In this document: piece by piece, positions 55,301 through 62,343 of the stretch | Position numbering within the stretch: the first letter of the stretch is position 1 | How the letters are laid out: each line of letters opens with the position of its first letter | Origin: Okamejei kenojei | Lineage: Eukaryota | Length of the DNA stretch: 64,000 nt | Direction of reading: 5' to 3' | NCBI GenBank assembly: GCA_035221665.1 | Contig: CM069165.1 | Coordinates: 15,128,001 to 15,192,000 of the forward strand | The notes under the pieces: generated by a model | What the model was told of the DNA's origin: nothing | The model's input: the letters and a program-made list of their open reading frames with translations, nothing else | Database searches by the model: none | Program-made: the position numbers and the translations under genes

Positions 55301-55563
55301 CGCCCGCACTTGTTGCTCCCCCCCCCCCCCCCCACACACGCACATAAACAGCCGCTGGGCGGCACGGACGGAGCACAAAGCGCGGCCCCCCACCCCCACA
55401 GCACTTACTTGTCCAACACAAAGTACAGGTCGAACGCCCCGTGACAGGACGGCTGTTCCCCGGCTCCGTGCTCGGGGCCGGCGGTGGGGGAGCAGCGGAC
55501 GGCGGCCGCCAGCAGCAGCAGGGACAGCAGCAGCAGCAGCAGCGCCGCTCCGCACCTCGCCAT
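7285..55563 (-). CDS. ANTXR1: Anthrax toxin receptor family gene (ANTXR1-like; paralogue identity unresolved), 17 coding exons in window, 3' terminal exon not found
   Basis: Spliced translation begins [13 protein letters not shown]...[36 protein letters not shown] and contains [71 protein letters not shown] and [27 protein letters not shown]. Exon sizes 155,72,72,82,34,80,69,81,61,99,70,79,96,39,96,168,81 keep frame and resemble the ANTXR exon pattern as I recall it. Confidence 0.95.
8211..8524 (+). mobile_element. tRNA-derived SINE (HE1-like)
   Basis: GTGGTGCCGCAGCGGTAGAG A-box, GGGTTCAATCC B-box, LINE-like 3' tail GGGCCGAAGGACCTGTTTCC...CTAAACT. Confidence 0.85.
8712..8879 (-). CDS. ANTXR1: ANTXR exon 16
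   Basis: 168 nt, [32 protein letters not shown]...RKWYTPVK. Confidence 0.95.
9983..10084. repeat. 102-bp near-perfect palindrome (two 50-bp arms, 2-nt spacer, 2 mismatches)
   Basis: acttgctttgacgggg...aaaatatgct CT agcatatttt...ccccgtcaaagtaagt. Confidence 0.95.
10269..10483. mobile_element. PIF/Harbinger-type MITE
   Basis: TIR AGGGCCTGTCCCACTT / AAGTGGGACAGGCCCT, 3-bp TAA/TGA flanks, internal CTACGAC repeats. Confidence 0.8.
10825..10920 (-). CDS. ANTXR1: ANTXR exon 15
   Basis: 96 nt, [32 protein letters not shown]. Confidence 0.95.
11789..11827 (-). CDS. ANTXR1: ANTXR exon 14
   Basis: 39 nt, [19 protein letters not shown] donor. Confidence 0.92.
12410..12600. repeat. Diverged copy of the fold-back (Penelope-like) family
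   Basis: tctgcacaagggtcccaacccaaaacatcacc...gagttactgcagcattttgtgtc. Confidence 0.6.
12770..13848 (-). mobile_element. CR1-clade LINE 3' fragment
   Basis: RT motifs [21 protein letters not shown]...SKFADETK (ORF 13529-13732); typical 3' end. Confidence 0.88.
13996..14091 (-). CDS. ANTXR1: ANTXR exon 13 (transmembrane helix)
   Basis: 96 nt, [32 protein letters not shown]. Confidence 0.95.
15181..15450 (-). mobile_element. Penelope-like element fragment (C-terminus of GIY-YIG endonuclease region)
   Basis: Minus-strand translation [27 protein letters not shown] resembles the PLE C-terminal motif. Confidence 0.65.
15543..15621 (-). CDS. ANTXR1: ANTXR exon 12
   Basis: 79 nt, [26 protein letters not shown]. 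Confidence 0.95.
18115..18184 (-). CDS. ANTXR1: ANTXR exon 11
   Basis: 70 nt, [22 protein letters not shown]. Confidence 0.95.
18400..18885 (+). mobile_element. Old non-LTR (CR1/L2-like) 3' relic
   Basis: Degenerate tail TGGGCAATAA...CACATCC...TGAATAAAA; no ORF left. Confidence 0.4.
20621..20719 (-). CDS. ANTXR1: ANTXR exon 10
   Basis: 99 nt, [32 protein letters not shown]. Confidence 0.95.
22065..22162. repeat. Single arm of fold-back family
   Basis: agacacaaatgctggagtcactcagcgggacaggcagcatc...gacgtttcgggtc. Confidence 0.75.
22536..23078. mobile_element. PIF/Harbinger-type MITE
   Basis: TIR AGGGGCTGTCCCACTTAGGCGACC / GGTCGCCCAAGTGGAATAGCCCTT, TAA on both sides, internal CTTCGAC repeats; related to 10269-10483. 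Confidence 0.82.
23115..23186. repeat. Single arm of fold-back family
   Basis: ctgaagaagggtctcgacccaaaacgtcgcccattccttctctccagagatgctg. Confidence 0.75.
27220..27280 (-). CDS. ANTXR1: ANTXR exon 9
   Basis: 61 nt, [20 protein letters not shown]. Confidence 0.95.
27457..27537 (-). CDS. ANTXR1: ANTXR exon 8
   Basis: 81 nt, [27 protein letters not shown]. Confidence 0.95.
28278..28346 (-). CDS. ANTXR1: ANTXR exon 7
   Basis: 69 nt, [23 protein letters not shown]. Confidence 0.95.
28430..28509 (-). CDS. ANTXR1: ANTXR exon 6
   Basis: 80 nt, [26 protein letters not shown]; MIDAS Asp. Confidence 0.95.
28640..28915 (-). mobile_element. tRNA-derived SINE (HE1-like)
   Basis: Reverse complement of the 8.2-kb SINE body and tail. 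Confidence 0.8.
30095..30572 (+). mobile_element. CR1 LINE 3' fragment
   Basis: RMLPG...[25 protein letters not shown]...FFTQRVV..WNELP; (TATATGGT)n tail. Confidence 0.9.
31410..31952 (-). mobile_element. CR1 LINE 3' fragment
   Basis: [23 protein letters not shown]...[11 protein letters not shown]; (AGAAACAT)n tail at 31410-31437. Confidence 0.9.
32129..32162 (-). CDS. ANTXR1: ANTXR exon 5
   Basis: 34 nt, [11 protein letters not shown](G), CAG acceptor and GTAATC donor. Confidence 0.9.
32293..32374 (-). CDS. ANTXR1: ANTXR exon 4
   Basis: 82 nt, [27 protein letters not shown]; MIDAS Thr. Confidence 0.95.
32517..32885 (+). mobile_element. CR1 LINE 3' fragment
   Basis: MRGIDRVD...TRGHRFKV...[11 protein letters not shown]; CTATGACT tail. 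Confidence 0.88.
33240..33420 (-). mobile_element. Degenerate Penelope-like fragment
   Basis: Similar to 15181-15450 (ttacctgaaattg...gttcctccaac). Confidence 0.45.
33852..33923 (-). CDS. ANTXR1: ANTXR exon 3
   Basis: 72 nt, [23 protein letters not shown](R). Confidence 0.95.
34007..34078 (-). CDS. ANTXR1: ANTXR exon 2
   Basis: 72 nt, AG/GT bounded, [23 protein letters not shown]; completes MIDAS DxSxS. Confidence 0.95.
34810..35607 (+). mobile_element. Non-LTR retrotransposon relic (Rex1/Babar-like), internally deleted
   Basis: [11 protein letters not shown]...PWMNQE...[15 protein letters not shown] remnants; 3' end GATTGGATAGC...AAAGCTTTT...(TAAACC)n. Confidence 0.5.
36773..37003 (+). 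mobile_element. tRNA-derived SINE, internally deleted
   Basis: GGGTGGCACAGTG...GAGTTGCTGCCTCACAGC head; GGGCCTGTTTCCACGCTG tail. Confidence 0.72.
37591..37861. mobile_element. hAT-type MITE with 8-bp TSD
   Basis: TIR CAGGAGTGGGGAACC / GGTTCCCCACCCCTG; flanks tcctagag and tcctaaag. Confidence 0.85.
38806..39255. repeat. Composite of fold-back family arms
   Basis: Arm at 38806-38920 and inverse arm at 39115-39255 around a segment also present inverted at 37321-37459. Confidence 0.7.
40094..40912 (-). mobile_element. Tx1/L1-clade LINE, 5'-truncated, poly(A)-tailed, 7-bp TSD
   Basis: C-terminal Cys/His motif [22 protein letters not shown]; AATAAA plus A-run (T-run 40093-40113 on +); GTAGAAT at 40087-40093 and 40913-40919. 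Confidence 0.85.
41404..43013 (-). mobile_element. Tc1/mariner DNA transposon, full-length, long IR/DR termini (Passport-like)
   Basis: About 210-bp TIRs (C)AGTGGCTTGCAAAAGTATTCA, each with an inner repeat GTGCAAAAGTATTCAGCCCCC; TA at both flanks. Confidence 0.95.
41616..42634 (-). pseudogene. Tc1 DD34E transposase with one frameshift near the C-terminus
   Basis: [20 protein letters not shown] and [15 protein letters not shown] are present; a 1-nt deletion near 41740 shifts the frame; the other frame continues [37 protein letters not shown]. Confidence 0.93.
44355..44480. repeat. Single arm of fold-back family
   Basis: ggaactgcagatgctggttt...ctcagcgggacaggc...gggtcgagacccttcttcag. Confidence 0.75.
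46921..47001. repeat. Truncated arm of fold-back family
   Basis: agacacaaaatgctgtagtaactcagc...gacgtttcgggtcgag; ttactgt on both sides. Confidence 0.72.
47470..47832 (+). mobile_element. CR1 LINE 3' fragment
   Basis: [12 protein letters not shown]...TRGHSLRIK; [14 protein letters not shown]. Confidence 0.85.
49349..49950 (+). mobile_element. CR1 LINE 3' fragment
   Basis: [25 protein letters not shown]...[10 protein letters not shown]. Confidence 0.9.
51185..51282. repeat. Single arm of fold-back family
   Basis: cagtctgaagaagggtctcgacccaaaacgtc...ccgctgagtttctccagcattt. Confidence 0.72.
51580..51792. mobile_element. Fold-back element with 13-bp TSD and internal 30-bp tandem duplication
   Basis: ctcctcaaagtac at 51567-51579 and 51793-51805; exact 30-mer repeated twice at 51601-51660. 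Confidence 0.8.
52940..54646. repeat. Minisatellite, about 20-bp unit ATACCCAGCGCCAGTGTTCC
   Basis: Dozens of tandem variant units, increasingly degenerate leftwards. Confidence 0.95.
54747..55265. repeat. G-rich minisatellite (GCGCGTGGAGCGGACGTTG core plus G-runs)
   Basis: About a dozen units of roughly 30-50 bp, just inside intron 1. Confidence 0.95.
55409..55563 (-). CDS. ANTXR1: ANTXR exon 1 (signal peptide, start of vWA)
   Basis: [51 protein letters not shown](K), then GTAAGT donor. Confidence 0.93.
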
Positions 55564-55821
55564 TTCCCGCACCTGGACTCTCTCCCCCCCGCGCAGTCGA
55601 TCTGCAGCTCCCGCCGCGGTTGCAGTTACAGTTGCAGCCCACGGCTTTTCTGCTGCTGGCTGCAAAAACAAAAATCCCAACGAATGGTTTTGCTTCCCAC
55701 CCCCCACCCCCTAGAATTGGCGTTTTGCGGAGCAGCGCGTCAGCCCGAGATTGCCCTGCGGTCAGACTGACTGACGTTTGCTCAGCCCATTGCAGAGGCG
55801 CCAGCTGCTCGCTGTAGGCAT

Positions 55822-56860
55822 CCTGGGATCAGACCCGTCCCGCTCTCTACACTGGCCAACAGTGCAGTCCAGCCTGGGATCAGCGCCCTGCACTGGAATC
55901 AGCACCCTGCACTGGGAGACAGTGCACCCCAGTCTGGGATCAGCGCCCTGCACTGGGAGACAGTAGACTCCAGCCTGGGATCACACCCGTCCCGCTATCT
56001 ACACTGGCCAACAGTGCACTCCAGCCAGGGATCAGCTCACTGCACTGGGAGACAGTGCACCCCAGTCTGGGATCAGCGCCCTGCACTGGGAGACAGTGCA
56101 CCCCGGCCTGGGATCAGCACCCTGCACTGGGAGACAGTGCACCCCAGTCTGGGATCAGCGCCCTGCACTGGGAGACAGTAGACTCCAGCCTGGGATCACA
56201 CCCGTCCCGCTATCTACACTGGCCAACAGTGCACTCCAGCCAGGGATCAGCTCACTGCACTGGGAGACAGTGCACCCCAGCCTGGGATCAGCTCCCTGCA
56301 CGTGGAGACAGTGAACCCCAGCCTGGGATCAGCTCCCTGCACTGGGAGACAGTGAACCCCAGCCTGGGATCAGCTCCCTGCACTGGTTGACAGTGCACCC
56401 CAGTCTGCCATCGGCTTCCTGCACTGGCACCCAGTGCATTCCACCTCGGGTCAACACCCGCCCCATTCATTGCATTAGCGCCGACTATTCCAGCCTGGAA
56501 TCAAAGCTGTCGCGTTCCAAACACTGGAACCCAGTGCATCCCAACCTGGGATCAGCTCCCTGCACTGGCAGCCAGTAGACTCCAGCCTGGGACCAGCTCC
56601 CTGCACGTGGAGACAGTGCACCCCAGCCTGGGATCAGCTCCCTGCACTGGGAGACAGTGAACCCCAGCCTGGGATCAGCTTCCTGCGCTGGTTGACAGTG
56701 CACCCAGTCTGCCATCGGCTTCCTGCACTGGCACCCAGTGCATTCCACCTCGGGTATACACCCGCCCCATTCATTGCATTAGCGCCGAGTGTTCCAGCCT
56801 GGAATCAGACCGGTCCCGTTCCAAACACTGGGACCCAGTGCACCCCAGCGTGGGATTAGC
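55822..56860. repeat. 41-bp tandem array with higher-order duplications upstream of exon 1
   Basis: Unit CAGTGCACCCCAGYCTGGGATCAGCKCCCTGCACTGGGAGA; blocks repeat at offsets of about 215 and 305 bp. Confidence 0.93.
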
Positions 56861-56989
56861 CTATTCAATTTCTTGCGCTGGCAATCAAGGCTCTCCAGCG
56901 TGGGACCAGCCCAGTCAGCTTCCTCCACTCGCAAACTCAACCGTCTTATCTGGGGACAACCTTTTCCCCTTCCTTTCATAACATTTTTT

Positions 56990-57420
56990 ATAAGGGTGTT
57001 GCCAAGATTCGAGGGCCTGAACTGTAGATAGAGGTTGGGCAGACTAGGACTTTATTCCTTGGAGCGCAAGAAGCTGAGGGGTGATCTTATAGAGGTGTAC
57101 AAGATCACGAGTGGAATAGATAGGGTGAATGCGCAGTCTTTACCCAGAGTAGCATGAACCGGAGCACAGAGGTTTACGGTGAGAGAGGAAAGATTTAATA
57201 GCAACCTGAAGGGCAACGTTTTCACAGAGGGTGATGGGTATAGGGAATGTGCTGTCAGAGGACGTCGTTGAGGCAGGTATTATAACAGCATTTAACAGGT
57301 AAATGGATAGGATAGGTTTAGAGGGATATGGGCCAAACGTAGGCTTATGGGACTAGCAGAGATGGGATAGTCGGCATGGACGAGTGCGGCCGAATGGGTT
57401 ATTTCCATGTTGTATGACTA
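56990..57420 (+). mobile_element. CR1 LINE 3' fragment
   Basis: ttattccttggagcgcaagaagctgaggggtgatcttatagaggtg ([15 protein letters not shown]) and 3' tail. Confidence 0.85.
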
Positions 57421-57677
57421 ACTCGTTACAGTTTAACCTGCGATCAACGTTCGTTCATTCCCTGCACTGGCCAAGCAGTGCATTGCAGCTCCCCTACCCA
57501 TTCCCCTTCACTGCGGTGGCAACCAGTGGATTGTACCCTGGGACCACCCCCTTCTGCTGACTAAAGGCTGTAGTAAAACCAGTGGATTGCTCATTGCAGC
57601 TTGGGTCCAGTCTAGGTCCGTTCCTTGCACTGGCATCCAAAGAACTGATATAATCTACACATGCCGTATTACACTGG

Positions 57678-57835
57678 CTATAGAGTCATACATCGCCGCT
57701 CGGCCCAACTTGCCCACTCCGACCAACACGCCCCATCTATACAAGTCCCTTATGCCTGCGTTTGGCCCACTTTTTTTCTAAACTTATCCGATCCATGTAC
57801 CTGTTTCTTAAACGTGATGATGATGTCTTAAACGT
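57678..57835 (-). mobile_element. CR1 extreme 3' fragment
   Basis: Similar to 12770-12900. Confidence 0.6.
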
Positions 57836-59463
57836 TGTCAGTGCAAGGGGCAGGACAGCTTTCTGGAATCGATAATAATTTTCAAAGAGAGTTCAATAGG
57901 TAAATGGGGCCGGAAAATGTTGAAAGGCGGAGATGGAGTAAAATGAATGTTTGTCACAGGAAAACACGGTCAGAATGGGCCGAATGATCTTCGGTGCCGT
58001 GTGTTTTCGCACACTCAGTGTATAAGGTCCCATCAATTGTTCTACCTAGCCTATACTTTATTTTACTCTCATATCACGGTAAGATTTGTAACAATTTAGC
58101 AAGCTTGCACTTTCCTAACCCTCCTTAGTCTTTCATCAATCACATATTTTTTTTTTAATTTCACAAAGTTATCATCTTTAATCTTCACGTTCATTAATTG
58201 TGTAGAACGCGCGTTTTTTAATGCATAAGGCTGGATTGCAGGGTTGTGAATATAATAATTAATGATCAATCATGAAGCTGGTTTTCTGACCTTAAGACGC
58301 TAGGGTGAAGGACGCTATGATATTTCCAAAAATATGCAGAATACTCGTTAGTAAGAGGGCGTTTGAGAGATCGTGATACAAAATGTTTTCGTGGAAAAAG
58401 TATTATTGTTTTCAATTACACCCAATAAAGATAGTTATCTTTGCATCAGCCTGAAAAACATAGACATGGTATATCCACACGGTGGTACACAAATATATCC
58501 CCCGCCCCCCGCACCGCTGTGACTCTTAAAGCTGAATTTTAATTTATATTTGTTTACTCGAGTAGATTTTCAAAATGCTATCAGATCAGCCCCTTCCCGG
58601 GGCATCTGACGATAATTCATGCAAAACAGAATTATATCAACGGTTTACAGCTGCAGACTCATACATGACGTGTTACTTTTGAAACGCTCACGCCAAATCT
58701 AAAGGATCGCTGCATCTTTGCATTGAGTAGATTAAATGCAGTTCCATTCAGTCTGTTGCCCCGGTTTCCAACTGAAACATTATCAAGATATTGTTTTCCA
58801 AAAATGGGATAACCTAAATCAAACTTTCAGCATTTTCAACCAATAATTCGTAAATTATCAGGCTAACGGATTCCTGAATAGTTTGAACGTTGAAACACGA
58901 ATTACTCTGTCATTTTAATTTAGAAGAAACCGATCAGAATTAACATCGTAATATAAATGAACAACTGTTAGTTATATTATCCAGGATCATTGCCAGAATG
59001 GACATTAGGCATATCTTTACTTTGAAACGCAAATTGTGTGTTTTGTGATCATTCTATAAATATGTTAAAACACTACAGATGCATCCAATTCGTCGTAATA
59101 ACAAGTAAAATCATATCATCGATCTTGCTGACGGACAAGGCGGTTATGAAAAGTGTTCATAAAAATCACACTTGCGCACAAGAGATTGAAAATCAGCTCT
59201 GACCCGCTTAGTTACTCCAGCTTTTAGTGTCTATTTTAGTGAATTGAGAGACTGAACTTCAAACTGGTAGTATTTTGTTAAGAAGTATTCAGTTCTTTCG
59301 ATGTGTGCGTAACCGTCATCTTATGATCAGTGCATTGAAATTCCAATGCCATAGAAGATCTGATTTACTTTGCCGTTGGCAACGTCTTATTTTTTTAAGC
59401 GCCATTGTGAACATTTTTCCGCATTTCGCTTTTAAATGTAACGCATAATGTTATACAATTGGA

Positions 59464-59727
59464 CTAGACACAAAATGCTGGAGTAACTCAGCGGGACAGG
59501 TAGCATCTCTGGAGAGAAGGAATGGGTGACGTTTCGGGTCGAGACCCTTCTTCAGACAGAGTTACTCCAGCATTTTGGGTCTCCCTTCTTCACACTGAAG
59601 AAGGGTCTCGACCCGAAATGTTACACATTCCTTCTCTCCAGATATGCTGCCTGTCCCGCTGAGTTACTCTAGCATTTTGTGTCTACCTTCGATTTAAATC
59701 AGCATCTGCAGTTCTTTCCTACACACC
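59464..59727. mobile_element. Fold-back element with 13-bp TSD and two hammerhead-like cores
   Basis: ttatacaattgga at 59451-59463 and 59728-59740; inverted arms; CTGAAGA-AGGGTCTCGACCC-GAAA on both strands. Confidence 0.85.
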
Positions 59728-62285
59728 TTATACAATTGGATTGTTGGTCGGATTGAGTATATATTCATCATCGCCGTACAACCACCCCATAAACATTAAT
59801 CAAAAGGGCCGGTTATTTCAGATGTCAAAATGTTCATAGGAATTTTCTGTCAGGCGTTGACACGCCTTTATTTGGAACGACATCTTTCAAAAGTGATGTT
59901 GCTCTTTGAACTGCAGGCATATTTGATTGTGACAAGATATTTGGCCATTATGGAAGCTTTTTACATAAGCATGTCGCAGTTGATTATTATATGGAACGAG
60001 GTAGACAGTCGACCAGAGCTGTTTGTCGCGGAGTAGCTATTTCGAGTATGTACCAATTAAATGCAATCGGATTAGTTTTTAATGCAATATCAAATGATCG
60101 TTTCTTGGAAAGATAGAACCAAGAATGTAGTTTATCCTAATGGCCAATTGCATTAAAAATCACTTTAAGGAACATATTAGTAACATTTTATAGAATGTTA
60201 GACATTACCTGCAGTGAATCGTTTAACAGTCGATGTGACATTGATTTCAGGTGAGTTGAAAGATAATCTATTGTATTTTGTAAATCATCACGAAAGGGTG
60301 AAGGTGAGAGTTTCTGGCGTGCCCGATTACATAAAATGTTGATAGGAAAAATGTCCCTTTAATTGATACGACAGCTTCCCGGCAGATTGTGCGATTTTGA
60401 CAGAATTAGCCCACTACATTACACAAAAACGCGATGACAAATGTAACCGATTCCGGGAACTTCAATTCGCCCTGAGCTTGTTTGGTCGATTGTAGCAATT
60501 GTGCGAACAATAAATAATTTTAAAGCAATTTAAACATATAACGTTTCCCCCAAAGAAGTGGTGTTGTTTTCCAATGTGATTAGTTCGCTACGTGGAGTTG
60601 TATCTTGTTCAACGAATGTTCTTATTAAATCTCCTGGATAGATTTTTTTTGTGAACGTCAAACAGCCCCAGCATTTTAACGATGAGCATTAAATGAATTA
60701 GATGAGCGCTATTATCTGGTAGTATTAATCTCTGTTAATGCAACAACCCGTTATTTTTATATATATTAGTACAGAAGGAAATACTCGTGAATGATCCCAG
60801 CAACATCACTTGTTAAAAATGCACAACACACTCCAAAACTGTTTATTGCTTCTCAAAATGCATGTTGTAAAATTGAATTTAGCTTTGACCGATGGTCACC
60901 CACTAAAACCAATGATACAAGTAAGACTTCTGTCTGCATAATGATGTGCACGGTTATTCGGTGAGTTTTGAAAACACGTCTCTTTCATAGATTTAAGATT
61001 AAGTTGTCGAAAACAATAAAATAATATAAACGTTCAGAAAGCATATTTTACTAAGCGAAGAAAATCGGAAGATATGAATCTGTATAGGATCACGCTTATT
61101 TCGGACTAATTTCAAATGTTACTTGTCATGCACTTTTTGCAGTAAAACGCTCTACGCGCTTCGTTTCTTCGTCCTCAAATGAATCAACTAAGATAAAAGT
61201 TATTATTCCTGACTCGTAATCGCTACCATCGTTTAGAGCATCATAATATTTAGCTCAAGACAAGGATTTGCCATAAATATGTAACATTTAACATCTGACC
61301 TTCCATCGGGTGCTTTAAGCGACCCAAATAGATATTATCATATTCAGTCGTTGTAAATGATATGCAAACAGATTCCATGTATTACAGAAAATATTGTGCA
61401 TAAAGCTATTAAATATTGCTTTAATGCACTGCAATTGTTGGTTACCATGCTTTCATTAATAGGGTTGCTCCACATAAACCACCAATGAAAGTGCCAATTG
61501 AGGGTGCATGCAAGCGGAAGAGCCCAGGGATTGCTTGGCACGCTTCACTGAACAAATGATCTTGCAAAGTGTCTTTTACAGCGGAGCAAACTGTCATTTC
61601 AACGCAGCGCTCACCAGCGTCACTCTCACTTTCAGGAATCAATAGAAATCGCTGCGACCAAAGAAGCTCCTACCTGAAGGGGATATTGAAGAATCGATTC
61701 CAAAGAACCATCGACTGGCATTGGTAAATGAAAAGCAGGCTTGTGTCTGTCTGTGGATTCCTACTGTCTCTCGGTATCTTATATAACTATACATGGCTGA
61801 ATTATTCTGATGAACCTTTCAGTTCTGATCAGTCGTGTTTTAAAGGGTTGAATCTAAGATTAAACTAAATAATGTTGAGGGTAGCTAACTATCAAAATGT
61901 TTAGATGCTTCTTTTAATCGCCGGCTTGTTTATTTAATCAAATATATTTAATAGACCAGCGACCATTATAATAATGTAGAGTTAGATATGGTTAAATCGC
62001 GATTATTCCGCCACGATTAAGAGCTACATTGATCTTGAATATCAATTCGTAACACGCAACTGCTGTTTACAAATATTTTTAAATATCTATATTTAAATCA
62101 CTGCAAACAATCCGAGCGGTAACTAATGATCGTGGCGATTCTAAACATGATCATTACTGGTGATGGTGGAAAAGAAAGGCCGGAACTAACAGGCAGGCAG
62201 ATGGACAGACAATGGGGATCAGTCTCACTGAGCTGATATGCATCAAATGAACAATCCCGTGACTTTCCTCTCAAACACAATGGAC

Positions 62286-62343
62286 GAGAAAGAGAGAGAG
62301 AGGGAGAGGGGGGGAGAGAGATGTGGAAAGAAAGAGAGAGAAA
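62286..62343. repeat. GA-rich polypurine tract
   Basis: gagaaagagagagagagggagaggggggagagagatgtggaaagaaagagagagaaa. Confidence 0.8.

Larger units (their letters stand above)
54640..55810. promoter_or_regulatory. CpG island over ANTXR exon 1 and presumed promoter
   Basis: Very high GC and CpG density around the start exon; TSS not determinable from sequence. Confidence 0.75.

Noticed and set aside
55564-55707. N-terminal extension of exon 1 in the ORF track
   Set aside because: It starts at a non-ATG codon; the ATG at 55563 directly precedes a good signal peptide.
52983-56748. Many long overlapping ORFs (up to 311 aa)
   Set aside because: They are translations of stop-poor tandem repeats in several frames; only 55409-55563 is a real exon.
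53500-56860. CRISPR-like appearance of the arrays
   Set aside because: There are no unique spacers and no cas genes, and the context is a vertebrate intron and promoter.
60241-60256. TTTCAG|GTGAGT recursive-splice-like motif on + strand
   Set aside because: Short pyrimidine tract and no supported plus-strand transcript.
61344-61642. Short ORFs upstream of the gene as exons of a neighbouring gene
   Set aside because: No recognisable protein similarity or consistent splice structure.
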